A stretch of DNA of 64,000 bases from an uncultured Spirochaetales bacterium (GTDB lineage: Bacteria; Spirochaetota; Spirochaetia; JAFGDJ01). The notes beneath the pieces are model-generated. The model was given only the letters and a program-made list of their open reading frames with translations. It was not told the origin of the DNA and searched no databases. Shown here piece by piece: positions 31,201 through 39,251 of the stretch (within the stretch, counting starts at the first letter, position 1; every line of letters begins with the position of its first letter). The stretch lies in NCBI GenBank assembly GCA_964410865.1, contig CAYPIQ010000009.1:9585-73584 (forward strand), given 5' to 3'. Both the position numbers and the translations under genes were made by a program.

Positions 31201-34095
31201 CGGGGGTATTCCTTCGATAAAATCGGCCGCTTCCCGAAGACCGGTAATCGCGCGGAGCTCGGAACAGAATACATCGATACTCCGCCTATCAGCCGGTGAT
31301 ATCTCCCCAGGGGGTGTGTCTTCTGGAAAGAGCAGGGACAAATCCGCATACTTTTCTTCATACTCGTTGAAAAATCCCGTATTCTCCAACCGGGCCACTT
31401 CGGCGGACCTGTCCATAAATAGACGAATCAACGGAAACCCGTTCAGGGTAATCATCCTGTCCCCGTTCAGGTATTCTCGAAAGGAATCATCCTCCAGGTA
31501 TGACAACGAGGACAACGAAGCACCGCCTTCTATATCCGTCAGGGCCGTCTCCAGGCCGCCGCGGATCCTCCGAAGGGCTTCCAGGTATTCTTCCGCCTCT
31601 GCGACCCCGGAAAAATAATCGGTTTCATACAGAAACCGCCCCGGTATGGATACTTCATCATCCTTTACCTCGCCGTTATCACCGCAGAGGAGTATGTACT
31701 CCTGTACGGCCGCCGCCTCTCCACCTATTTGTTCAAGCAGGCGCAGAAGGAGGACTTGTTCCCGGGTATCCCGGATATCCGCCCTATCGGGGACCGGCAG
31801 ATCATCCCACTCCGCCAGGAGAGCCAGGGAATCCGCGGAGGCCTGGGTCTGATACAGCTCCCGGACGGCGTCGTCGTTCCCCGTCAGGTAGAGAACACCG
31901 ATTCTACGGCGATGGATTTCTCCGGCCATATTTCGAGCGGCATGTTCCAGTTCATACTCGAACCGCCGCCGAAGATAGTCCTTCATCCCCTCAGGGGCTT
32001 CGGTGTATTCTCCGTATACCCTGCAGAGGGAGATAAAGGTCCGGGAGCCTGGTTGGACACCGGCCTCCTGGGCAAGCATGAGCTCGAATTCCGCGGGGTC
32101 CGGTGGGTTGTCCCAATCCGGGACGCATCCGGTAAGGCCGTTCAGGGAGGCAATACATTCGGATAGAGAAAGGATTCCGTCCGCCGTTCCCCCGGTCAGG
32201 GCTTCCGTAACGGCGTCCCGTACTTCGGTCGCCGTCTCGACCTGCTCCCGGAGGGATTCCCACACAAAGGCGGAGAGCACGCGCTCGTATTCCGTACCGC
32301 CGCCGTCGTTGTCGTCTATGAAAAGGCTATACAATTCCCCGCTCATGGTTTCTATCGATTCTTCATATACCGCGGAGTCGGGAAGGAGGATCCGTTCACA
32401 TGCCTCTTCGTACCTTCTCCTCGCCTCCGCCAGGGATCCCGCCGCGGCATCCGCCGTATCCCGGGCTCGCTCATATTCTTTCCTTGCTTCTTCTACCCTT
32501 GAATCCATGGTTTGTAATTCCCCCAGGGCTTCCCTGTATCGTTTCAGTGCTTCTTCGGCTGCCTGTATACTCGATTCATAGGCCGTCCGGGTATCGGCTT
32601 CGGTCTGGCGGGAAGAAGTCCGGTTTTCCGCGTAGTCCACCACTCCCCGGACAATCTCGATTTGCTCTTCCAGCTTCCGCAGACGAATTTTGAGGCGCTC
32701 GATCTCCAGTTCCACGCCCGAGGCCGGGACCTCACCGTATCCTGACAGGGCGGTAGTCGACAGTTCCGTCAGCATTCCGGCGGCGTCCTCCGCCGCCTCT
32801 CGCTGGGATTCCTCGATGGCGGTCCAGGAAGCGATATCTTCTTCCAGTGCTTCCCCGTCTTCCTCTCCGGAAGAAAGCATCTCTTCGAGAAACGCGACGG
32901 TTTCTCCGGCCAAGCGCTCATACTGCCGTGCCTGGCGGAACAGAGAGACAAGCTGATCTATCTCGGCCTTTTTTTGGGCGGTTTCTTCATCCCGCCGCTT
33001 CACCAGCTCATCCTGAAAATCCCGGATCTGCAGTTCGATCTCCTCCTCCCGCCGGTCGAAGACCTCCAGCCCCTGCCGGTAATAAAGGTTCATTTCCTCG
33101 AACCAGTCGGCGCGTCTTTGTCTCAGGGTTTCAAAGAGTCCCTGCCATTGTTCTTCACCCTCGCCATACTGCTCCAGGGCGGTACGCTCCCATGCCGCCG
33201 CGGAGCCGAGGAGCCGTTCCTCACCATGGCTCCATGCATCCAGGCCGCGCTCAAAGGCTTCGCGGTAATTCTCCTCAAAGGCACAGAAGGCCCGTTCCAG
33301 CTCCCCGGGATCCTGCAGGCCTTCAGCGTGGATACCGCCGGAGATCAGATTCTCGGCCTCATCCAAATCTTCCCGGATCGAGGTAAAGAGCTCATCTCCC
33401 ACCGCCCCGGCCGATCGTTCTTCTACTTTTTTCTTCAGTGAGCGGGTATCCTGTAATAGTTCCTCCAGAAAGTCAGCCTGCAGGCGGGCAAAGATCTGCT
33501 CGTACATGGCATCAACGGAAGCCCGACGTGACTCGAGGACTTCTTCTATAATCGAATCGAAGCCGCTGGAATCAGTAACACCCGAAGCCTCGAGGTTGTT
33601 CGCCGCTGCCCTGCGGGCGGCTTCTTCCCAGGTGGTTATCGCTTCTTCCTTGAGGGCCAAGTGAGCCTCCCTGAAGGCGGCATCGGATGCGGAGGGAGAG
33701 GATATATCAATAACCGGGTCGCCGACCGAATCGCGCAGAATATCCCCGGTGTCCGGGTCTTCCGTATAGAGGAGCCTTCGCCGGCATTCCTTCATTGCCC
33801 GGAGGTACGCGTACAAATCGGATTCAGGCAGATGGGAACCTATCCTGCCCTGGACCCACTCACGGAACCTCCTGTCCATGATAACCCGCATGGGCCCCTC
33901 TTCATCACCTCCGATCCCGGCCATCCCTACCTCAGCCAGGCGCTCCCATTCACCTACGGTCCGTTCCCTGTCGGCCAGGGCGAGATACACGGAAAAACGG
34001 TCTTCTTCGCCGTCATGTCGATAACCGAAGTCCTGTGGTACCAGAGTACCTCCGAAACCGACGAGGACAACCGCCGCAATGATTCTGTTCCACAT
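25204..34095 (-). CDS. giant (2963 aa) coiled-coil-rich envelope protein with N-terminal signal/anchor, a central helical-hairpin membrane anchor and a Gly/Ala/Thr-rich non-coiled-coil C-terminal region; function unknown
   Basis: Single uninterrupted 8.9-kb ORF with a GGGAGGG RBS 5 nt upstream. The N-terminal hydrophobic segment is MWNRIIAAVVLVGFGGTLV. About 1500 aa are of E/A/R/L-rich heptad-like sequence. A roughly 40-aa hydrophobic hairpin (ALGIIASGYAVTGAALIAAVVSIPAGIAMLAQAAMIAGAAV) lies near aa 1560, about 29280-29400 in nucleotide coordinates. The C-terminal roughly 1000 aa are Gly-rich. Confidence 0.7.
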   Translation of the reverse strand: MWNRIIAAVVLVGFGGTLVPQDFGYRHDGEEDRFSVYLALADRERTVGEWERLAEVGMAGIGGDEEGPMRVIMDRRFREWVQGRIGSHLPESDLYAYLRAMKECRRRLLYTEDPDTGDILRDSVGDPVIDISSPSASDAAFREAHLALKEEAITTWEEAARRAAANNLEASGVTDSSGFDSIIEEVLESRRASVDAMYEQIFARLQADFLEELLQDTRSLKKKVEERSAGAVGDELFTSIREDLDEAENLISGGIHAEGLQDPGELERAFCAFEENYREAFERGLDAWSHGEERLLGSAAAWERTALEQYGEGEEQWQGLFETLRQRRADWFEEMNLYYRQGLEVFDRREEEIELQIRDFQDELVKRRDEETAQKKAEIDQLVSLFRQARQYERLAGETVAFLEEMLSSGEEDGEALEEDIASWTAIEESQREAAEDAAGMLTELSTTALSGYGEVPASGVELEIERLKIRLRKLEEQIEIVRGVVDYAENRTSSRQTEADTRTAYESSIQAAEEALKRYREALGELQTMDSRVEEARKEYERARDTADAAAGSLAEARRRYEEACERILLPDSAVYEESIETMSGELYSLFIDDNDGGGTEYERVLSAFVWESLREQVETATEVRDAVTEALTGGTADGILSLSECIASLNGLTGCVPDWDNPPDPAEFELMLAQEAGVQPGSRTFISLCRVYGEYTEAPEGMKDYLRRRFEYELEHAARNMAGEIHRRRIGVLYLTGNDDAVRELYQTQASADSLALLAEWDDLPVPDRADIRDTREQVLLLRLLEQIGGEAAAVQEYILLCGDNGEVKDDEVSIPGRFLYETDYFSGVAEAEEYLEALRRIRGGLETALTDIEGGASLSSLSYLEDDSFREYLNGDRMITLNGFPLIRLFMDRSAEVARLENTGFFNEYEEKYADLSLLFPEDTPPGEISPADRRSIDVFCSELRAITGLREAADFIEGIPPEPGFYRRCARMYLTSKVEEWDTAADVRVLEAEIQECTRSIEQLSSDIEQLEREAQTELDRLAATEDAVYANMFDDFMEGHLLPEYCRYIDGELEEYLDRLEDRQVLSGLFEREMCKAVYQGYGGAEAARTAAVAAAGGKVEVERSRLVELETMLDVLNRAKGLAEPSGFHSFCIDHDGEEYHFTVHDAVMQVLTSAIEARDPEAVSGYEDPSAVEAEGARLVEELLRCRETLDLMDEYDAAELYEKTVLPAEEELSAADEAYDTAMEVVTRTLSDLDECLTDSSDCRGRVTGLYDRYRDALLERQQAREIFEYAVCGYEDGGSSPRKHLEELLAEYTGVQTSIDTLSSLASGAQDHLIHDQVLSSLAGDIERESQELFLYCRLQEILEEKVADNAEMVADANELMKGELQDLFDLPEDYDPAGDSEGVDMSVYTEYTLEELAGMFQDEQSPVPVDAAFLDTWIDSLAAGGDQCLKQCMLAYSYEARGTKWDILSPAEYIGEDDETRRLFNAPGDDSALRRLFEETRNPPVTEEYIYEHTGNEAWNAMRGTAAYAGFRVLMQGGLFSVPMRNLVLQEFREAGYAAALPDVTARMGNAREAATALGIIASGYAVTGAALIAAVVSIPAGIAMLAQAAMIAGAAVEEKVKASRLQGIIEEVKDYSGITLVDRRELFDSMAEYISKRDARYELEDELSAVLGGELSGAEEIRDCLNALASEAGGEVYTDYLQWTDEIEETVSRACADEDVFHDLRDVLSRMEEIRRQGLHRLNLSYNHRVEEVLADIAGEYTRYRDSFPVEDAGPGVSGLFVTPPWSREGEYARLQHLAGGLDAYGSDLLEADRLRMLGDSITSGALMAFDNAADLEYQELMLDLEMFRRRRTRWETRMTSLVEEGRAEWNASLTTALGRHIRWQEEYGTAYREGLEEWKRKTTSFRERRDEWIHRASEEWVRGEAASFVLEAEVPETRRIALPDISLPPYPGTGPGDETSMLVDAGRLDNIMDRVRTCTLQGEDISVVLRSQVPAPRAETEVRRKMLEYGRMVRETITKEAAVAAALQMKAALFDALDGLELGIENANDGVADSIGSTLFSSGYICAGGHYVRRVAVDESVMGGVETEEQKIDIYEYFKAPEFVPAADLSASALKHLSSAAVRQRIASAREGLKEYQEMIFGPVEGEDAAGNARHLAGALEEYYASAAKAWSSASYSAGEGREDIPEGLFYFHVGFAPEPPASDESASAGGYGETGRIYGAFFEQQMQQARGAALLQVPSYNIKLWDDDMDNDGEPDTLMAAPSYRDVMDIATGVAVGVLTGGTGGVLLNLTDDVLFAAADTGNGFDPGQVLLGLGQKAAAGCLGAGAADLGGLAGRSLQDIINANFSGAVAGLLNTTVDIGTGMTADSIRMYGSALVHAMDVTGGSIYFDEERWEQLSEGIGISLLSRTVGTGAARALDNSMFGYHGSMGDDLRGLHRLAGGAAGALVEYGLTGETTLNVLNTAGLTDGLLSTGLLEMHLGRESLFGLGNGGLDVSASALLRASDGLWAYAVERELAAAEGVVPAKNIPALRALASLKHIPGLGALYDDIISGSVELLFDGAEGAAAYTVASGDDITIHLADNGSANYAQLLLGVTLAHEAARNGVVDGVLDQFAETTEAVLYHSVAARSIAGTYGWGYDPSGYLSAESDLVLGSLDTGDYQRLAEYVDDHYDSSADYWKLVVHADGSGSVVWDGKRDLTNEAGDLLQADATGSFSRSLMNILGADYTEMFLREGGTDLSGMDEDELAYALMTGSGVMWDEEAKEYTIIPMVSMTGRDLESLLSFDIDRETAVDLGKISQRSPSIALFADQNGVSENVIRKSGCYYLSTLAAVQTAAGANLSARQIRRLTEIGLREGFLDIDGDGIGTKGEFGREGLSRYAFAELGMMGELDFNDGGRDGAIIVGKTINGNKHAREGDVYGNELYDPYSYTGYLPGSETLEMLRFDVHENNDPYYLMYLRYRRYQDMWEA

Positions 34096-34219
34096 ACATT
34101 CCCTCCCATAAGGAAATTTATACTCTCCATATAAAGAGACGCCCTTAAGGGAGGCGCTGCTTCGAATAAAAAATATTTTTTTTTAAAAAAGCAAAAGAGG
34201 CAACCGGAGAGTTATCTAT

Positions 34220-34735
34220 ATGCGGGACACCAGTATGAAAAACCTTTTAATACATAAAAGCGCCCGGTTTCTGCCGATGGTAGTGCTCTGTGCCGCCGCG
34301 TGCACGAACGGTGAAAGACACGGGCAGGGCGAAGATCTCTACGATGATGCGCGGAGATTATACCTGGAGGAGCGGTACGATGAAGCTCTGTGTATTGCCG
34401 AGACCGGGGTCGACGAAAACCCGGGGAATCTTTCCTGGATATGCCTGTACGCCAGATTACTGCTGCTGACCGGGCGCCCTCGATTTGCCGAGGGGGTCAT
34501 CAGAGAAGGACTGGAGATACGAACGGAGGACTGTGAACTCCTTCTCCTCCTCGGCCGGGCGGCCTATGCCCTGGGAGATACGGCCTCGGCTCTGCGTCTT
34601 CTCGACGGGGCGGCAGACACCACTGTTTTGGAAGAAGTATACCTGGAGAAAGCCCGGATATTCCTCGATTTCGGAGAAGAAGAAAAGGCTGAAGCGGCGG
34701 TAAGAAAGGCCCTGCTTCTAAGGGGGCTGGAATGA
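34220..34735 (+). CDS. TPR-repeat lipoprotein
   Basis: 171 aa; signal peptide with Cys lipobox (VVLCAAAC), then TPR-like helical repeats (LYDDARRLYLEERYDEALCIAE...); ATGA overlap with the next gene. Confidence 0.6.
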   Translation: MRDTSMKNLLIHKSARFLPMVVLCAAACTNGERHGQGEDLYDDARRLYLEERYDEALCIAETGVDENPGNLSWICLYARLLLLTGRPRFAEGVIREGLEIRTEDCELLLLLGRAAYALGDTASALRLLDGAADTTVLEEVYLEKARIFLDFGEEEKAEAAVRKALLLRGLE

Positions 34736-35166
34736 AAAAATTACTCCTTCTCCAGGCAGTCTTCCTCCTCCTCGGCTGCAGCAGTCTCCCCGTCCGACGA
34801 ATCCTGGATGTGTATGTTGAAAAGGAGATGCGCTCTTCCATCCACCGCATGCTGTTTCACACCGGCAGCGTCAACATTGTTACCGGTGGAATGGGAAAGG
34901 TCCAGGCAGACGAGATAGCCGAACAGATATTTACCAGGAGAAACGCATCGATTCAAAACCCTCAAGGCCGGGCGGAAGTCCATATCACCCTGCATGAAAC
35001 CCCGTTACGAAAATCCTACGGTACCCTTAACTCCGTAACGGTGATCGCGGATATCGTCACCGACCATACTATCGCTTCGGTATTTTTCACCGAGGAAACA
35101 AAGAACAGTCTACAATCGGAGGCCTATATTTATGCCGTGTTCCGCCGCTGCTTTTCGACTCTCTAG
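34732..35166 (+). CDS. small lipoprotein of unknown function
   Basis: 144 aa; MKKLLLLQAVFLLLGCSS lipobox; translationally coupled between the TPR protein and the TolC-like gene. Confidence 0.5.
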   Translation: MKKLLLLQAVFLLLGCSSLPVRRILDVYVEKEMRSSIHRMLFHTGSVNIVTGGMGKVQADEIAEQIFTRRNASIQNPQGRAEVHITLHETPLRKSYGTLNSVTVIADIVTDHTIASVFFTEETKNSLQSEAYIYAVFRRCFSTL

Positions 35167-36520
35167 TCCTACGGTTCTCTTTCTTTTTGCCGCAATCTCT
35201 GCTTCGTCATCCGCCCTTGAACTGGACTTACACGCCGCCGTTGAACTCGCCCTGCGTAATAATCGGGATATACGAAACGGACTCATTGAACTACAAACCG
35301 CGGATAAGAGGTTGGGTGCTCCTATTCTTGACAGGATTCCGTCCGTTACCGTCGGTATATCCGGTTCCGGCCGCACCGTTCGTTTTTCACCGGACAGCCG
35401 ATCATGTTCCTTTACCCTGGCCATCGAGCAGATACTCTTCAACGGGGGAGAGACTGGGCGGGAACTGGAAGACCTGCGTCATGAAATGTCTATCCGTACG
35501 GCACGACACCGGCATATGGAAACAAGCATAATCCTGCTGACGGTTTCCCGGTACGCCCGGGTCCTGGGACTCATTGAAAAGCTTCACATCACCGAGCAAC
35601 AGCTCCAGGCGGCCCGCCGGCAGCTGTCCCTGGCGGAGAAAGAATACAGTCAGGGGGAGTTGCCTGAACTCGAACTGCTCCTCCTGCGGATATCCGTGGG
35701 GCTACAGGAAACATTACTCTTGGAGACCGAACAGGAGCTGAAGAAAGCCCGTCTCGATTTCAGAACGCTCCTGGGCCTGGAAAAGGATCCTGAGCTTACA
35801 GGCCGCTTGAACACCGATTATTCGGGTTTCCTGGATCCTTCTCCGGCGGAAACATATATCGACCTGATGGAGGCCCGCTCTCCCGAGTTCATGGATATGA
35901 GGATGCAGATCCACGGCCTTTCGCTCAGGTTGGAACAGTGGTGGTTATACCGGGTGCCTGTAATTACTCTTCTTGCGAACCTCGATATGGCCGGAGAAGA
36001 TATCGAGAATCTGAATCTAAGCTTTTCTGCCGGACTTCGGTTCGATGTACAGGGCAGTACGTCTCCGGCCGTATCTTTTCAGACGGAATATCTGCCGCCC
36101 TTTCAGAGAAGTATACACGGCTCCGGCTCCGTACACCTCTCGCCGAAAATGGAGGCCCTCCGGGACAGGGAAGATTTGATCCAAAGATTGACGGCCCTTG
36201 AAGAGGAGTACGCCGTCATGGTCGAAAAAGAATCCATGAATGTGGAGTCTCTTCTTCTGGATATCACCGCTTCAAAGGAGAGACTCGAGCTGGGCAGGGA
36301 GAAGCTTCTTGTCCTCCAACGCCGGGCTACCCTGGCCGAAAAACAGCTCGCCCAGGGAGAGATTACCCGCAGCGAGTTCCTGGAATCCCGGGCGGTGCAG
36401 GCCAACCATAATCTGGAACTATTGCAGGAAATTATCGACCTCTTTACCGCTGAACTCGAACTCATGATGACGGCGGGGCTTTCTCCGGATATGTCGGCAA
36501 TCAGGGAAATAATGTTATGA
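35132..36520 (+). CDS. TolC-like outer membrane efflux protein (OMF family)
   Basis: 462 aa; signal peptide then AAVELALRNNRDIRNGLIELQ, typical of the OEP N-terminus; two repeated coiled-coil/beta-barrel halves. Confidence 0.7.
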   Translation: MPCSAAAFRLSSPTVLFLFAAISASSSALELDLHAAVELALRNNRDIRNGLIELQTADKRLGAPILDRIPSVTVGISGSGRTVRFSPDSRSCSFTLAIEQILFNGGETGRELEDLRHEMSIRTARHRHMETSIILLTVSRYARVLGLIEKLHITEQQLQAARRQLSLAEKEYSQGELPELELLLLRISVGLQETLLLETEQELKKARLDFRTLLGLEKDPELTGRLNTDYSGFLDPSPAETYIDLMEARSPEFMDMRMQIHGLSLRLEQWWLYRVPVITLLANLDMAGEDIENLNLSFSAGLRFDVQGSTSPAVSFQTEYLPPFQRSIHGSGSVHLSPKMEALRDREDLIQRLTALEEEYAVMVEKESMNVESLLLDITASKERLELGREKLLVLQRRATLAEKQLAQGEITRSEFLESRAVQANHNLELLQEIIDLFTAELELMMTAGLSPDMSAIREIML

Positions 36521-37854
36521 TCCGCAGCTTGTCCCTTACGGTATTTTTCCTGTTCTGCGTGGCACTCCTTTCGTGCGGCGGCAGGGCAAAGGAAGAACCG
36601 GCGGAGGCGCCTCCCCCGGTGGTGGAAATAATCAAAGTAGAATACAGCGATTACCGCCCACATATCGACACTACAGGGGTTATCGGGGTTACCGGAAAGG
36701 CCGATGTTTTCCCGGTCTCGGAAGGCCTGATTACCGCTTTGCATGCCGAAGAAGGGGATGCAGTGTTCAAGGGGCAGGAATTGGGGAAGCTGGATGACAC
36801 CGACTTACTGATGCGCCGCCGTGAGCTGGAAGCTGAGGCGGATATTATGGAAAGCCGGCTCCGTCTTGCCCGGGCACGTCTTCTTGACGGAGAACGGGAG
36901 GTGGAAAGCAGGCTCAAGAGGCTCGAACTGGACCGGCGCAACCTGGAGGAACTCCGCAGGCAGGTGTCGGAAGCCCGGACCGTGTATAACAACAAAAAAG
37001 CCCTGTACGAACTGGGCGGTGTAAGTGAACGAGAACTGCAACAGTTGAAGGATAATCTCCTGTCGGCTGAAAACAACCTGTACCAGGGAACGGGGCGCTA
37101 CGAAATAACGAGTATAGGATTTAGGGACCTGGACATACTCAACGCCGGGTTCGAGATACCCGTAGACCCCGTTCGACGGGAAGAGGTGCTCATCAGGCTT
37201 AATACCGCCACGCTGCGGGCCGAGGTAGACTCGGCGGAGGCCGAGCTGGAAAAAGTCCGGATCCGGCTGCAGTCGGCGGATCTTCTGCTGCGCAAAACCC
37301 GGCTCCGGAGTCCGATTTCCGGGATTATAGGAGCACGGATGCTCGGCCTAGGTGAAAAAGCCGGGCCGGATACACCGGTGTTCACCGTATTCGCCGACGG
37401 TGCGTACTATGCGGTTGCCCGGGTCTCCGAGTCGGACATGGACAAACTTACTCCGGGGCTGCCCGCGCGTATAAGGTGTTGCGGCCGCCTGGAATGTACG
37501 GGCCGCCTGGAGCGGATTTCGCCCTACGTCGACCCGGAATCTCACTCCGTTGAGGTAAAGATCCTTATCGCGGATCATATTCCGGGTCTGCGGCCGGGGA
37601 TGTATGCCGAAATCAGCATGTTTACCGGACCGACGGAAAAAATCATCCGCTTGCCTCGCTCCGCCCTCAACGACAAAGGCATGATTTTTGTGTATGACCG
37701 GGGACATGTGTTTTCCCGGAAGCCGGAATACCGGCTCATCGACGGATCAACCCTAGCAGTTGTGGAAGGCCTTACGGAAGGAGAGTTTGTATGCGAAAGA
37801 ACGGACGGATATATACGGGACGGCGCCGAGGTACGACCGCGGCAACTCTTTTGA
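36517..37854 (+). CDS. efflux membrane-fusion (periplasmic adaptor, HlyD/RND-MFP family) protein
   Basis: 445 aa; N-terminal anchor, biotinyl/lipoyl-like hairpin (IGVTGKADVFPVSEGLITALHAEEGDAVFKGQELGKLD), long coiled coil, beta-barrel and membrane-proximal domain; ATGA overlap with the OMF gene. Confidence 0.75.
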   Translation: MIRSLSLTVFFLFCVALLSCGGRAKEEPAEAPPPVVEIIKVEYSDYRPHIDTTGVIGVTGKADVFPVSEGLITALHAEEGDAVFKGQELGKLDDTDLLMRRRELEAEADIMESRLRLARARLLDGEREVESRLKRLELDRRNLEELRRQVSEARTVYNNKKALYELGGVSERELQQLKDNLLSAENNLYQGTGRYEITSIGFRDLDILNAGFEIPVDPVRREEVLIRLNTATLRAEVDSAEAELEKVRIRLQSADLLLRKTRLRSPISGIIGARMLGLGEKAGPDTPVFTVFADGAYYAVARVSESDMDKLTPGLPARIRCCGRLECTGRLERISPYVDPESHSVEVKILIADHIPGLRPGMYAEISMFTGPTEKIIRLPRSALNDKGMIFVYDRGHVFSRKPEYRLIDGSTLAVVEGLTEGEFVCERTDGYIRDGAEVRPRQLF

Positions 37855-39251
37855 CACTGTCCCTGGTATCCTGCGGCTCGGGCGTGATGAATAACGAGCT
37901 TATCACCTGCCCGGAATACGACTACCAGGTCATCAGTGAAGATATTGATCCTTCGGTGACTTTTCCCTATCCGGTTATTCAAAAGGAAGCGGAGGATATT
38001 TTCAGTATAACCTGCATGGGTTCCGCCGTTCCCGGAAGATACCGGTGGTCCGCGAACACCCTCTCCTTCATTCCGGACACTCCGCTGACAAGGGGAAAAC
38101 GCTACGTACTGGTCTTTGACGGCCTCTGTGGTGACGTTTCCGGGAAGGACCGCCTGTACCGACTCTGTATACCCTTCTACGTGCTTTCACCGGAATATAC
38201 CCCCCTCTATCTCTCGGGTTCATATCCTTCGGAGGGAAGCTTTATTACAACGCGGCAGGAAATCAGGCTGACCTTCTCCGAAGCCCTGGATGAGTCTTCA
38301 ATCGAAAACTCCTTTCGCCTTGTACCGGAAACACCCGCGGAGACAACCGTATCAGGCAACACCCTCGTTCTCTCTCCCCTTTCCTCCTTTCCGGACGCAA
38401 CCACTCTTACCCTTACTTTTCCGAAGGGACGACTTCAAAGCGTTTCGGGGAAAGGACTGGAGCAGGATACCGAACTGGTATACCGGGTCCAGGAGCATAC
38501 CCAAAGCCCTGAAGTGGCCGGATGTACCGTCTGCATCAACGCCACCGGTTTAGGGTACCCGGAAATACCCGGATCGTCTCCCACGGACCTGGCCGGCGAC
38601 GAAGTTTTTCGGCTCAACTTTACCAGGGCCATGGACCGGCGTGCGGTGGAAGGGCATCTTTTTATCAGTCCCGATCTGCCTTTTGATTGCATATGGCAGG
38701 ATACTGCCTCCCTGGTGGTCATTCCCCGATACCCCCTGACACCTGAAACCTCTTACCTCCTCCGTCTCGGCGGGGGAGCAACCGATACGGGGGGAATTCA
38801 CATTGCCGATGAATATTCCCTGGCATTAGCATCCTCCTCTCCCTTTCTCACGGTAGAGAGGATGGAACTCCTGGGCGACGGCATTACCCTGACCTCCTTT
38901 GATAAAGACACGGCCGAAACAATTTCTCTAGGTCCCGGAGGCTCGGACTACCTCATAGCCCTGGGCTTTTCCCTTCCCGTTACCGAGGTTTACGAAAAAC
39001 AGAACGTACAGGAGAATATAGTCTTTTCCTGTGTATTCCCTCCCTCCGGCGGATCACCCGTCCCCGTCAGTTACTCCTGGGAATCCGACAGTCGCCTGGT
39101 TATCGGCTATTCGGGAATTGCCCCCTCAGGGCCGGAAGAAGACAGATACTACATGATTTCGCTCATCGGCGGGCCGGAGGGTGTATCTGTCCGGGGCGGG
39201 GTTTCCTTCCTGGAGGAAACTGCCGCTCAATTATTACGGAGTATCGAATGA
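37791..39251 (+). CDS. lipoprotein with Ig-like (SbsA/Big_5-type) domains
   Basis: 486 aa; lipobox LVSCGSG; beta-rich repeats such as RLTFSEALDESSIENSFRLVPE; start overlaps the MFP 3' end, so the exact start is uncertain. Confidence 0.5.
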   Translation: MRKNGRIYTGRRRGTTAATLLTLSLVSCGSGVMNNELITCPEYDYQVISEDIDPSVTFPYPVIQKEAEDIFSITCMGSAVPGRYRWSANTLSFIPDTPLTRGKRYVLVFDGLCGDVSGKDRLYRLCIPFYVLSPEYTPLYLSGSYPSEGSFITTRQEIRLTFSEALDESSIENSFRLVPETPAETTVSGNTLVLSPLSSFPDATTLTLTFPKGRLQSVSGKGLEQDTELVYRVQEHTQSPEVAGCTVCINATGLGYPEIPGSSPTDLAGDEVFRLNFTRAMDRRAVEGHLFISPDLPFDCIWQDTASLVVIPRYPLTPETSYLLRLGGGATDTGGIHIADEYSLALASSSPFLTVERMELLGDGITLTSFDKDTAETISLGPGGSDYLIALGFSLPVTEVYEKQNVQENIVFSCVFPPSGGSPVPVSYSWESDSRLVIGYSGIAPSGPEEDRYYMISLIGGPEGVSVRGGVSFLEETAAQLLRSIE

